Source: an uncultured Peptococcaceae bacterium
GTDB taxonomy: Bacteria > Bacillota > Peptococcia > Peptococcales > Peptococcaceae
DNA: 64,000 nt
Assembly (NCBI GenBank): GCA_937976375.1
Contig: CALJRU010000030.1
Location: 94,467-158,466, forward strand
Direction: 5' to 3'
In this document: positions 26,042-35,211 of the stretch, piece after piece
How positions within the stretch are numbered: position 1 is the first letter of the stretch
How the letters are laid out: every line of letters begins with the position of its first letter
Translations under genes and position numbers: made by a program
Notes under the pieces: generated by a model
The model's input: the letters and a program-made list of their open reading frames with translations, nothing else
Told to the model about the DNA's origin: nothing
Database searches by the model: none

Positions 26042-26695
26042 TTAGAAATCTCGGTGTCTTATGATACGCAGGCTGACGCAATAGGAAACAATGAGGCAGA
26101 GGGCCACAAGGAGACAGCTAGTTATAGCGAGTGATATTATGCCGAAATGAAGAGAAAGCAGCAGTGCTGTATGAGTATCAAGAAAATTGATCAGGGCGAT
26201 CATAGGAATCATTACTATGAGAAATGCACCGAGTGTGATGAAATAAGCCAGGCGGGCGTGTTCTTCGCCGAATTTTAGGGTCAATGGCAGCATCAATGCA
26301 AGAAAGAAGAAAAGACAGGAAAAGCATCCAAACGCAGTAAAAAAGATGTCTGAAAATGGTATATCGTAGTGTTTGATCCAACGGGTGAGAAACACGATCA
26401 AGAGGCTGATGACGCAGAACAGAAGCATCATTAGAATGGAGAAGAGGTATTTTTCGGTGATGTATTGTTTGCGAGAGATGGGCAGTGTGAAAAGAAAACT
26501 CATACCGTTTTTTTGATCGTCCATGCTGCTGGTGGTGACGCCCAAAATAACACCCATAAAGGTTATATAGCCAAGGGTGAAATAATAGCTGTCGCCCATT
26601 GTCATGTTGAGGGCAAGGCCGATAATCAGGATGAGAATGATGAAGGTTTTTTGTGTCAGCACGTAACGAAAATCTTTAAGAAATAATCCTTTCAT
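26042..26695 (-). CDS. ABC-2-type transporter permease (paralog 2 of a tandem pair)
   Basis: 217 aa, 6 TMs. N-terminus MKGLFLKDFRYVLTQKTFIILILIIG is paralogous to the upstream gene. Confidence 0.55.
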   Translation of the reverse strand: MKGLFLKDFRYVLTQKTFIILILIIGLALNMTMGDSYYFTLGYITFMGVILGVTTSSMDDQKNGMSFLFTLPISRKQYITEKYLFSILMMLLFCVISLLIVFLTRWIKHYDIPFSDIFFTAFGCFSCLFFFLALMLPLTLKFGEEHARLAYFITLGAFLIVMIPMIALINFLDTHTALLLSLHFGIISLAITSCLLVALCLIVSYCVSLRIIRHRDF

Positions 26696-26738
26696 TGATG
26701 GTCACCTCAATTCGAAAAAACGGGGAGGGTGAAACGGC

Positions 26739-27392
26739 TTACAACTCTTTATACGTCATAATGCGCAGGCTGAATTTGATGGAAATGCCCAGGCAGAGCA
26801 AAAGAATGATGCAGCCAATGGTGATAAGAACAGGCGCGCCCAAGGATGTAATGGCTTGGAGCAATGGCAAAGCGTCGGCAGCATTCACGAGTAAGCCTGC
26901 AATAAAAATGATGGCTAGAAATCCGCCGATGGCAATAAAGCTGGCGATACGCGCGCGCTCGGCACCGAACTTGAGCTGAAGTGGAATGGTAGCACTCATG
27001 AATAGGATGGCACCGACCAATGTACCGCATGTGGTGGCCAGGATTGCATCGACGGGAGCCTGATAGTCGCCAAATGGACGGGTGATGAGGGCGAAAGCGA
27101 GGGCGATACAGCAGAAAAGCATGCCCATTAAAAAAGTGAAAAAGTATTTTTCAAAAACGTAGGAGCGGCGAGAAAGGGGCAAGGTGAAAAGAAACAAAAG
27201 GTTGTGTTCCTGATCGTCCATGGTAATGCTGGTCATTCCTAGGACAATGCCCATAAAAGCTAAGTAGCCGATGACAAAAAGTTCGTTGTCTTCTTGGGTA
27301 AGGCTGAGTGTGAAGCCAATAAATAAGATGAGAATAATGAAGCTTTTTTGTGTCAGCATGTAGCGCAGGTCTTTAAGCAGTAAGCCTTTCAT
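26739..27392 (-). CDS. ABC-2-type transporter permease (paralog 1)
   Basis: 217 aa. MKGLLLKDLRYMLTQKSFIILILFIG. Overlaps the ATPase gene stop (ATGA). Confidence 0.55.
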   Translation of the reverse strand: MKGLLLKDLRYMLTQKSFIILILFIGFTLSLTQEDNELFVIGYLAFMGIVLGMTSITMDDQEHNLLFLFTLPLSRRSYVFEKYFFTFLMGMLFCCIALAFALITRPFGDYQAPVDAILATTCGTLVGAILFMSATIPLQLKFGAERARIASFIAIGGFLAIIFIAGLLVNAADALPLLQAITSLGAPVLITIGCIILLLCLGISIKFSLRIMTYKEL

Positions 27393-28240
27393 TGTTGATC
27401 ACCTCGAATCATGAGTGCGAACACATCGTCAATGCCACTGTGTTCAATGGCGATGTCCGGGTAATTTTCACGATAAAATTGCTTCTGGTTGGTGAGACAT
27501 TGGCAGCCGTAGTTTTCTTGTTTGACGCGCAAAATATATGAATGATCGAGCTGTTCAAACTGTTCAGACGTCACCTTGAGCACGGCATAGTCGGACAGCA
27601 GCACGTCGGTATCTTCATGGAAAATAATGTGTCCGTCATGGATCATGTAGAGATCGTCGCAAAGGTTTTCAAGATCACTGGAAATATGGGAACTGATGAG
27701 AATGGCGCGGTCTTCGTCTTCTTCCATGAAGCTGCGCAGTTCATCCAGCAAGTCTTCGCGCGCCAGGGGATCAAGGCCTGCGGTTGGTTCATCGAGGAGG
27801 AGCAGTTTGGCGTTGTGGCTGGTGGCAATGAGCACTTTGAGCTTGGCGTTCATGCCAGTGGAAAAATCTTTGATTTTCTTTTTCAGCGGCAGGCCCATGG
27901 CTTCGGCACGATGCAAAAAATCTGCTTTATTAAAGTGCTCGTAAAATGCCGCTAAAATTGGTGCAATGTCTTTAATGGTGAGATGGCCGTTGAAAGTCGC
28001 ATTGGAAAGTACGACACCAATATTTTGGCGATCTTCTGGTGTGATGGCATCAAATGGTTTGTTAAAAAGCAAGCCTTCGCCGCCGTCGGTGTTGATGAGT
28101 CCGAGGATGGCCTTAAATGTTGTGCTTTTTCCGGCGCCGTTGCGGCCAATGAGACCGGTAATGGTGCCAGGCTGAACGCTCAGGGTACAATCAAGGGTAA
28201 AGCCAGAATAGTGCTTTTGCAGGTGATTGAGTGTGATCAT
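27389..28240 (-). CDS. ABC transporter ATP-binding protein
   Basis: Walker A GRNGAGKST, signature FSTGMNAKL, Walker B LLLDEPTAGLD. Confidence 0.85.
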   Translation of the reverse strand: MITLNHLQKHYSGFTLDCTLSVQPGTITGLIGRNGAGKSTTFKAILGLINTDGGEGLLFNKPFDAITPEDRQNIGVVLSNATFNGHLTIKDIAPILAAFYEHFNKADFLHRAEAMGLPLKKKIKDFSTGMNAKLKVLIATSHNAKLLLLDEPTAGLDPLAREDLLDELRSFMEEDEDRAILISSHISSDLENLCDDLYMIHDGHIIFHEDTDVLLSDYAVLKVTSEQFEQLDHSYILRVKQENYGCQCLTNQKQFYRENYPDIAIEHSGIDDVFALMIRGDQQ

Positions 28241-28614
28241 TTTGATCCCTCCAATAGGATGTCGAATAGGTCGCGCATATCATCGTCGCTGATGCCAAGG
28301 CGCCGCCCTTTCAAGATGGCTTGTTCCAGGGCTGCTTCTACTTCCTTGCGTTGTTCTTCTAATAACAGTTCGCTGTTGGTGGCTGTTACATAAGTGCCTT
28401 TGCCGTGGATGGTGTGGGTAAAGCCTTCTGCTTCCAAGGCATCGTAGGCTTTCTTTACGGTAAGTGCGCTGATTTTGAGCTCTTTTGATAAACTGCGCAC
28501 CGAAGGCAAGGCGTCATTTTCAACGAGTTCGCCATCGCGAATCAGCTTTTTTACTTGGTCAACGATTTGTTCATAGATTGGTACCATGAGAGAGTGATTG
28601 ATGATGATCTTCAA
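28237..28614 (-). CDS. GntR-family (YtrA-subfamily) transcriptional regulator
   Basis: VPIYEQIVDQVKKLIRDGEL...LPSVRSLSKELKISALTVKKAYDALE. Short C-terminal domain typical of YtrA. Start taken at TTG 8 nt after AGGAGG. The ORF-track start at 28668 has no RBS. Confidence 0.65.
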   Translation of the reverse strand: MKIIINHSLMVPIYEQIVDQVKKLIRDGELVENDALPSVRSLSKELKISALTVKKAYDALEAEGFTHTIHGKGTYVTATNSELLLEEQRKEVEAALEQAILKGRRLGISDDDMRDLFDILLEGSK

Positions 28615-28635
28615 TGGAATTCCTCCTCTCGTTAT

Positions 28636-28684
28636 AAACAGTGTATAACAGCAGGAAACTGTTGTCAAGTGTTATATACTGTTT
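28636..28684. promoter_or_regulatory. 15-bp-arm inverted repeat AAACAGTGTATAACA-N19-TGTTATATACTGTTT spanning the GntR-operon promoter (candidate YtrA operator)
   Basis: Near-perfect palindrome (one mismatch) enclosing TTGACA-N17-TACACT on the minus strand. Confidence 0.5.
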
Positions 28685-28685
28685 A

Positions 28686-28713
28686 TTAAAAAAGACCCTC
28701 GTTGCGAGGGTCT
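28686..28713 (-). terminator. Terminator after the anti-sigma-like gene
   Basis: AGACCCTCGCAACGAGGGTCT followed by TTTTTTAAT on the minus strand. Confidence 0.7.
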
Positions 28714-28751
28714 GTAAAATATGGCGAAAAGGGTGAATTTCTATAAAATTA

Positions 28752-30269
28752 TCACTCTCGCAATGAGATGCCATCAACAGTGACATCGAACATCAGTGAT
28801 CGAGGTTGGATAGAAGAAAATGGCGAAAATTCAGAGTAGTAATCGCGGCTGAGGCTATAGGATTCTGCCGACATGGCAGGATATTGGAGAAGCTCTTCCT
28901 GGTGAATGTACGTTGCTTGGCTGTTGTAAAATTGGTTACCCTCGAGAGGAGTGAACGAATAAATGATGTAGCCGCGATAATTTTCTCCTTGACGAGGGAA
29001 AGAGAAGTTGGCGAAAATAAGATCATATGGCTCGATGATTGTGAAAATAGGGTCGACTTTTGTACGGGTTTCAATGGAATAATAAGGTGCTGAAAAATGT
29101 TCTCCATTGTTGTCGTAGAAGATACGGCCAGTGACTTCGCTGGCTAAGAGGGCGCTTTGCGGTGTTTGTCCATAAGCAGGATTTAATTGAATGGTATCGG
29201 TTCCTTTGAAACCAGGATTGGTGAGCCAGTGAAAATAGTGGAAAAGCACCAGGCGTGGCTGTTCGCCAGGTATCAGAACGACGATATTGGTCATATCAAT
29301 GCTGTGTTTCTCATGAATAAGAACGCCAGAATCATATTCTTTTGTATCGGAATTGAGAAGCACCTGCGTGGCGCCTTCGCACGCCGCAATGTCTTCGGCA
29401 GATAGATCGTTCAAGATGTATTCAGGGAAACCAAGGTCGATCAGATGATGCTTTGTTTCTTCAATGTTTGGTGTGAGTGTATTCTCTTTTGTGCTCCATT
29501 CCATGGAATAATTATTGAAGAAGAGATAGCCGCAGGTGCTGCCAACGAGAAGAAGGGCAACAAGGATCAAGGTGAAGGATCGGTTTGAAATCTGCACTGG
29601 TGCTGGCTGAAGAACGTAGCCAAGATTGTCCAGCGCTTTAAAGGTGCGGGAAATGATCCAGAGAATGAGGATAAAAATGAAAATCAATACAACAAGAATC
29701 TGCCAAGAATTGAAATAGAAGTTACTTTTAAGTTGCAGAAAGACCATGGCATTAGGTACTAGACTCCATGCCAGCAGTGCCAATACACCAAGCGCTTTTG
29801 AACGAAGACCCATTTTCTTTTGAATGTTTCGGAGCCCGCGCCAGAAGCAAAACAGAGAAAGCGCTATAAAGAGGGCATTAAGGAATAGCGCGAATAATGT
29901 GAAGGCCTCTGAAAGTGGTGGAAGTTCAATAATGGTGGTGTTTAAAATCAGTTTGGCGAATAAATAGATCGCATGGAACACTTCAAGAATGTAGCAGAAG
30001 CCAAACCAGCGATTTTCATGCTGCAAGGCACGAAATCCAAGCAGCACCAGGATTTGACCAATGGCTGGGAGAATAAAATCAAGCCCTATGAAGCCAATGG
30101 TAAAAGTATAGAGAAAATACCCAATAAGAATGCGGTTTAATGCCGTTTTTCCAGGAACTGTTTGCGCGACGATGTCGTCTGGCGGCAAGTCCGCCACACT
30201 GCGCCGCAACATGGTCTCGAAATCCTGGTCGTTTTCGAAGGTGTGTCGAGAATCAGTCATCATGGTCAC
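28752..30269 (-). CDS. Polytopic membrane protein co-transcribed with an ECF sigma factor (putative anti-sigma factor) with a ~270 aa extracytoplasmic C-terminal domain
   Basis: 505 aa. Start overlaps the sigma gene by 17 nt. Short N-terminal cytoplasmic segment, then about 6 TMs, then a soluble C-terminal domain. Confidence 0.4.
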   Translation of the reverse strand: MTMMTDSRHTFENDQDFETMLRRSVADLPPDDIVAQTVPGKTALNRILIGYFLYTFTIGFIGLDFILPAIGQILVLLGFRALQHENRWFGFCYILEVFHAIYLFAKLILNTTIIELPPLSEAFTLFALFLNALFIALSLFCFWRGLRNIQKKMGLRSKALGVLALLAWSLVPNAMVFLQLKSNFYFNSWQILVVLIFIFILILWIISRTFKALDNLGYVLQPAPVQISNRSFTLILVALLLVGSTCGYLFFNNYSMEWSTKENTLTPNIEETKHHLIDLGFPEYILNDLSAEDIAACEGATQVLLNSDTKEYDSGVLIHEKHSIDMTNIVVLIPGEQPRLVLFHYFHWLTNPGFKGTDTIQLNPAYGQTPQSALLASEVTGRIFYDNNGEHFSAPYYSIETRTKVDPIFTIIEPYDLIFANFSFPRQGENYRGYIIYSFTPLEGNQFYNSQATYIHQEELLQYPAMSAESYSLSRDYYSEFSPFSSIQPRSLMFDVTVDGISLRE

Positions 30270-30795
30270 CTCCCAACAGCTTTTGTAAAGTTTTTCTTAA
30301 ACGGTAAAGCCGGCCTTCGACGGCACGTTCTGTAATCCCTAGTTCGGCGGCGATTTGAGCGGTCGACTGCAAGTAATAGTATTTTCTATAAAACAAGAGA
30401 CGATCGCGGGAGGAAAGCCGGTTCAATGCTGCCTCTAGGGCTTTTTGCTGCTCCTGCAGCAAAATTTTTTCCTCTGGCGTTGGTTCCGATGACGGGAGAT
30501 TTTCGGGAAGATCTCCTGTACTGTTGTGGCGCGCAAGCGCACGAACGTGGTTTAATGCCGTGTTTCTGGTGATGGCTGTGAGCCAGGCTTTCCAACTGCC
30601 TTTTTTAGGGTTGTACTGATCAATATTGTTCCAAACACGCATGATTACTTCTGCGAGACAGTCTTCCTGATCTTGTGGATTGTGCAGGATTGGTGCGATA
30701 ATATAGCGCATCAGTGGTTCGTAGTGCGTGGATAGGGCCGTCAGGCCATCTTCGCTTTTTTTCTGGAGCAATGCAATAATGTCCTGCTCTTTCAT
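30253..30795 (-). CDS. ECF-type RNA polymerase sigma-70 factor
   Basis: 180 aa. Region 2 and region 4 features (YEPLMRYI; LQSTAQIAAELGITERAVEGRLYRLRKTL). Confidence 0.75.
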   Translation of the reverse strand: MKEQDIIALLQKKSEDGLTALSTHYEPLMRYIIAPILHNPQDQEDCLAEVIMRVWNNIDQYNPKKGSWKAWLTAITRNTALNHVRALARHNSTGDLPENLPSSEPTPEEKILLQEQQKALEAALNRLSSRDRLLFYRKYYYLQSTAQIAAELGITERAVEGRLYRLRKTLQKLLGGDHDD

Positions 30796-31000
30796 GTCAT
30801 CGCCTCCCCTCGATGGTTTCTTCTATTCAATAATACCCGAGAAAATGGGAAAACCCACGGATCTTTTGATCATATTATGATGAAATTTGTTGGGCATGTC
30901 ATCGATTGTTTCATAAAGAGCATAAAAAATAACGGATATTCGGTGAAATGATCGAATATCCGTTATTTTTTATGCGGATGCTGAGGCGCAATTTGGATGG

Positions 31001-31747
31001 TTATTCTTTGAGAAATCCTTGCTTTTGCAAGGTTTCAAGCAGGCTTGGAGATGCGTCAGGCACAGCAGCCATGCGTGCCGCCATTTGGGCGGTGAAGGTG
31101 TCTACGGGTTTTTTGGTGTCGCGCAGATCATAATATTGATGCACGATGTTGTCGTAATCGGCAAGGGCGGTCAGCGGTTCGCTAATCGGTTCATAGCGGT
31201 TTTCCATGACGACAAATTTACGAGGCAGGCGTGGCTTTAGTGCCGGTTCCTGATCAGGCACGCCGATGGCGAGCCCCAGGCAAGGGAAGGTGTATGCTGG
31301 CAGTTCGAGCAAATCAATGACAGCCTGCATGTCGTTATTGATGCTGCCAAGAATGACACAGCCGAGGTCCATGCTTTCTGCGGCAGTCACCATGTTCATC
31401 GTCATCAATGTAGCGTCGTAGAAGGTTGGGAAGAAGCGTTCGGTGCGGCCCATGCCGTCGGCAGGCACGTTCTGCGCTTCTGCGATGCGGACATTGCGAT
31501 TCATATCGGCGACGATGACAAATAAAGCCGCTGCTTCGGCAACATAGGCTTGTTTGCAAATGGCGGCAAGCGCTTGCTGTTTGTCTTTGTCGGTGATATG
31601 GATGATGCTGGCTGCTTGCAGGAAGGTGTAAGTGGGCGTATGGCTGGCTGCATCAAGAATGGCGTCAAGCTGATCAGCAGTAAGCGGTGTGTCTTTGAAT
31701 TTGCGAATGCTGCGATGGTTCAGTTGGTGTTGTAACGTTTCGTTCAT
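31001..31747 (-). CDS. Oxygen-insensitive NADPH nitroreductase (NfsA/NfrA family)
   Basis: 248 aa from MNETLQHQLNHRSIRKF... (R-S-x-R-x-F FMN-binding motif). The ORF-track N-terminal extension runs through two tRNA genes and is spurious. Confidence 0.75.
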   Translation of the reverse strand: MNETLQHQLNHRSIRKFKDTPLTADQLDAILDAASHTPTYTFLQAASIIHITDKDKQQALAAICKQAYVAEAAALFVIVADMNRNVRIAEAQNVPADGMGRTERFFPTFYDATLMTMNMVTAAESMDLGCVILGSINNDMQAVIDLLELPAYTFPCLGLAIGVPDQEPALKPRLPRKFVVMENRYEPISEPLTALADYDNIVHQYYDLRDTKKPVDTFTAQMAARMAAVPDASPSLLETLQKQGFLKE

Positions 31748-31803
31748 GGCGATCAATCCTTTCGTTTTTTTATAGCATAGCGCAAAAAATAAGAAATTGG
31801 CAA

Positions 31804-31836
31804 TAAAAAAACACCAGAAGGCCGTACCTTCTGGTG
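31804..31836 (-). terminator. Terminator of the tRNA-Thr pair
   Basis: CACCAGAAGG-CCGT-ACCTTCTGGTG with a T-run on the minus strand. Confidence 0.7.
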
Positions 31837-31839
31837 TGA

Positions 31840-31912
31840 AGCTGATGACCGGACTTGAACCGGTGACCTGCTGATTACGAATCAGCTGCTCTACCAACTG
31901 AGCCACATCAGC
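31840..31912 (-). tRNA. tRNA-Thr (anticodon CGU)
   Basis: The reverse complement GCTGATGTGGCTCAGTTGGTAGAGCAGCTGATTCGTAATCAGC... folds as a cloverleaf with loop UUCGUAA. Confidence 0.8.
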
Positions 31913-31919
31913 AAGAGGA

Positions 31920-31992
31920 AGCCGACAATGGGACTCGAACCCGCAACCTGCTGATTACAAATCAGCTGCTCTACCAATTGAGCTATATCGGC
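31920..31992 (-). tRNA. tRNA-Thr (anticodon UGU)
   Basis: The reverse complement GCCGATATAGCTCAATTGGTAGAGCAGCTGATTTGTAATCAGC... has loop UUUGUAA. Confidence 0.8.
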
Positions 31993-32007
31993 AAATGCAT
32001 CTCCTAT

Positions 32008-32036
32008 ATATTAGCATTGTGTTGGAAAAAATGCAA
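32008..32036 (-). promoter_or_regulatory. Promoter of the tRNA-Thr pair (TTGCAT-N17-TAATAT)
   Basis: Read on the minus strand, directly upstream of tRNA-Thr(UGU). Confidence 0.5.
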
Positions 32037-32354
32037 GCACATTTCAGGATTTTTTTAGATTCTTTTAAAGATGTTATGAAAGACTTCAAAATCTAGTAAA
32101 GAAGTGGTATTATTCATTTATATGTTGGGTATTGCAGATATATCTTGTAGAATTGGAAAAAATATAAAATATACGTATACAGAACTCTTGACGTTTGCCC
32201 AATAACCGTGGATAATATTGATAAGCAAATAAGAATATGTCATTCAGTGTTTTCATGTGTTCTGGGGGGAACAAACGCATATGAAGTCATGGCTCTTTAA
32301 AAAGAGCGATTTGCTCAACGTACAAATTTTTTAGGAAGGGAAGTTAGAAAATCG

Positions 32355-32597
32355 ATGAAAGCGTCCGATGAAATCTTTGAAAAAAAACAGAAGCTGGTGC
32401 ACGAAATCCTTCGCACGAGAAGAGAAATGGGGATGACCCAGAAAAATATTGAGGCGGCATGCGGGGTTAAACAGCCAGTCATCGCGCGTATGGAAAGAGG
32501 GTTGACGGATCCTCAGCTGACGACCATCCTCAAGGTGTTGCGCCCACTGGGGAAAACTTTGAAGATTGTAGATATTGAAGAAGACAGCGAAAAATAA
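32355..32597 (+). CDS. Small XRE-family HTH protein
   Basis: 80 aa. MTQKNIEAACGVKQPVIARMERG helix-turn-helix. Confidence 0.55.
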   Translation: MKASDEIFEKKQKLVHEILRTRREMGMTQKNIEAACGVKQPVIARMERGLTDPQLTTILKVLRPLGKTLKIVDIEEDSEK

Positions 32598-32707
32598 TTA
32601 TGGATAAACTGAAATGCGCCCTTTTTAGGTCGCATTTTTTGTAAATAGCGTTTTTAAAATGAACTCTGCTTAGATGAAGAATAATGTAAAATAAAGGAGG
32701 AGACCTC

Positions 32708-34081
32708 GTGGTAAAAGCCAAAACGAGGTATGTTTGTCAAGAGTGCGGTTATCAAACACCTAAATGGATGGGGCGTTGTCCCGATTGTGGGGCATGGAAC
32801 AGCCTTGTTGAAGAAGTGATGGCTCAGCCGCAGGAAAAGAAAGCCGGTCGCCCGCATCTGCAGCCTTTGGCTGGCGGCAGCAGTAAACCAGAATCGCTTT
32901 CAGCCATTCATAGTACAGCAGCCAATCGCGTGGATACAGGCATTCGAGAATTGAATCGCGTGCTTGGCGGCGGTTTGGTACCTGGTGAATTGGTGCTGCT
33001 GAGCGGTGATCCGGGAATTGGCAAGTCGACGCTGACCATGCAGCTGATGGATAAAATCGCAGGCAGCGGACAGGTGCTCTATGTTTCTGGCGAAGAATCA
33101 AAAGGGCAGATTCGCAATCGTGCTGAGCGACTTGGCGTGTCAAGTACACGGATTCATGTGATGACGGAAAACAATGTTGAAGTGTTGGATGCTGTTGTTC
33201 GCGGTCAGCATTGGGACCTTTTGATTATTGATTCCGTGCAGACTATTTTTGATCCGGCGGTGCAATCAGCGCCAGGCAGTGTTTCTCAGCTGCGTGCCGT
33301 AACAGCCGTCTGCATGGGTTGGGCAAAAGGCGTTGGGATTCCCACAGTGCTTATTGGTCATGTGACAAAAGATGGAACCGTGGCTGGACCGCGTGTGTTG
33401 GAACATATGGTGGATGCTGTGCTTCTTTTTGAAGGAGATCGTCAATCTCAGTATCGAGTGCTGCGTGGGCTGAAAAACCGTTTTGGCTCTATCAATGAGA
33501 TTGGCGTATTTGATATGACCGGCGAAGGCTTGGTTGAAGTGGGCGATGCTTCACGAGTGTTCCTCTCAGAGCGTGCGAGTGCGGTGAGCGGCGCTGTGGT
33601 AACAGCGCTTCTCGAAGGTTCGCGTCCCATTCTTGTGGAAATTCAAGCATTGGCAACGAAGTCTTTCTATGGACAGTCACGCTGCATGACAACGGGGATT
33701 AAATATGACCGTGTGTCGATGTTGATCGCTGTACTGGAAAAACGTGCCGGTTTACGGCTGGGCGACCAAGATGTATATTTGAATGTGGTGGGCGGTTTGC
33801 GTGTGGACGATCCTGCCTGCGACTTGGCAGTGGCCATGGCCATTGCATCTAGCTATTTGGATAAATGTATTGCGCCAGATATGCTGCTGTTGGGTGAGGT
33901 TGGCTTGACAGGCGAACTGCGCCAGGTCAATCAGCTGGAGCGGCGATTGCGCGAAGCGGCGCAAATGGGTTTCCGCAAAGCGATTGTGCCAAAGCAGAAA
34001 AAGACGTTGAAGATTCCGCAGATGGAAGTCATTGAACGATCGTTTATCAACGATGTCATAAATGAATGTTGGAGGGAGTAA
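32708..34081 (+). CDS. radA: DNA repair protein RadA/Sms
   Basis: GTG start after AAGGAGG. N-terminal Zn finger CQECG...CPDCG, Walker A GDPGIGKST, KNRFG motif, Lon-like C-terminal domain. Confidence 0.9.
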   Translation: MVKAKTRYVCQECGYQTPKWMGRCPDCGAWNSLVEEVMAQPQEKKAGRPHLQPLAGGSSKPESLSAIHSTAANRVDTGIRELNRVLGGGLVPGELVLLSGDPGIGKSTLTMQLMDKIAGSGQVLYVSGEESKGQIRNRAERLGVSSTRIHVMTENNVEVLDAVVRGQHWDLLIIDSVQTIFDPAVQSAPGSVSQLRAVTAVCMGWAKGVGIPTVLIGHVTKDGTVAGPRVLEHMVDAVLLFEGDRQSQYRVLRGLKNRFGSINEIGVFDMTGEGLVEVGDASRVFLSERASAVSGAVVTALLEGSRPILVEIQALATKSFYGQSRCMTTGIKYDRVSMLIAVLEKRAGLRLGDQDVYLNVVGGLRVDDPACDLAVAMAIASSYLDKCIAPDMLLLGEVGLTGELRQVNQLERRLREAAQMGFRKAIVPKQKKTLKIPQMEVIERSFINDVINECWRE

Positions 34082-34083
34082 AT

Positions 34084-35184
34084 ATGCAGCTTATTTCAAA
34101 TGAAACCAATGCATTGATGGATGTTCTCAAAAAAACTGCCCCCGGCACGGAACTGCGTGAAGGTCTGGACAATGTGCTGCGCGCCAATACGGGTGGGCTG
34201 ATCGTTATTGGTGATCCGGCGAAAATCAAGCCTTTGACCAAGGGTGGTTTTGAAATTGATACCGATTATTCTCCAGCCCATCTTTATGAATTGGCGAAAA
34301 TGGATGGTGCCATTTTAATTTCACCGGATGTGAAACGTATCATCAGCGCCAACACCCATCTGATGCCTGATCCAGATGTACCATCCTCTGAAACAGGTAT
34401 TCGCCACCGTACAGCCGAACAGACAGCGCGCCAAACAGGGGCTTTGGTGATCTGCATTTCGCAGCGCCGTCGCGTCATTACGTTGTATAAGGGCACGTCT
34501 AAGTACGTATTAAAAGATGTAAGCGTATTGTTAAATACTGCTAACCAAGCGCTCGGAACTTTGGAAAAATATAAAGACGTTCTTGAAGAAGCCGTGCTGC
34601 GTTTGAGCGTGCAGGAATTTGACAACGTTGTGACATTGCCAGATGTGCTTACGGTTATTCAGCGTGCAGAGCTCTTCAAACGTGTTGAGATGATGCTGCG
34701 CGTGTATTCCACGGAGCTTGGTGATGAAAGCCAATTGATTCGTATGCAGGCGGAAGAATTGAGCAGCAATGTTGAGACAGAGGAACGGTTGACCATACGT
34801 GATTATATGCTTCGGGATCCCGACAAGAGCGATAAAGAACTTTTGGAAGAGTATCTGCATCGCCTTGGCCGTTTTGACAGTGAGCAGCTGTGGGATCTGG
34901 ACTTGATTGCGCGTTCGCTAAATTTGAATGAATTTCATGATAAGGACAAGCGTGTCTTTTTGGAATGCCGCGGCTATCGTATGCTGCATAAGATTCCGCG
35001 CTTGCCAAATTCTGTTATTGACAATATGGTGGAAGCGTTTGGCGATTTCCAGTCCATTTTATTGGCAAGCAATGATGAACTGGATGCAGTTGAAGGTATC
35101 GGGCCGGCACGTGTCAGCCAGATTACTCTTGGGCTGGAACGTATCCGCAGTCAAATCATTACTGACAGCAACTGGGTACAGTGA
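34084..35184 (+). CDS. disA: DNA integrity scanning protein DisA (diadenylate cyclase)
   Basis: DAC-domain motifs DGAILIS and RHRTAEQ. C-terminal HhH region. Follows radA as in Bacillus. Confidence 0.85.
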   Translation: MQLISNETNALMDVLKKTAPGTELREGLDNVLRANTGGLIVIGDPAKIKPLTKGGFEIDTDYSPAHLYELAKMDGAILISPDVKRIISANTHLMPDPDVPSSETGIRHRTAEQTARQTGALVICISQRRRVITLYKGTSKYVLKDVSVLLNTANQALGTLEKYKDVLEEAVLRLSVQEFDNVVTLPDVLTVIQRAELFKRVEMMLRVYSTELGDESQLIRMQAEELSSNVETEERLTIRDYMLRDPDKSDKELLEEYLHRLGRFDSEQLWDLDLIARSLNLNEFHDKDKRVFLECRGYRMLHKIPRLPNSVIDNMVEAFGDFQSILLASNDELDAVEGIGPARVSQITLGLERIRSQIITDSNWVQ

Positions 35185-35211
35185 TGATGCTTTACAGCAA
35201 CTTGAAAGAAG

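Noticed and set aside
31748-31906. N-terminal extension of the nitroreductase ORF (MAQLVEQLIRNQQVTGSSPV...)
   Set aside because: The extension is the translation of two tRNA-Thr genes and a terminator. The true start is the ATG at 31747 with an AAAGGA RBS.
32281-32337. 18-codon ORF MKSWLFKKSDLLNVQIF upstream of the small XRE gene
   Set aside because: Too short and without a clear RBS or conservation evidence. Could be a leader peptide but cannot be supported from sequence alone.
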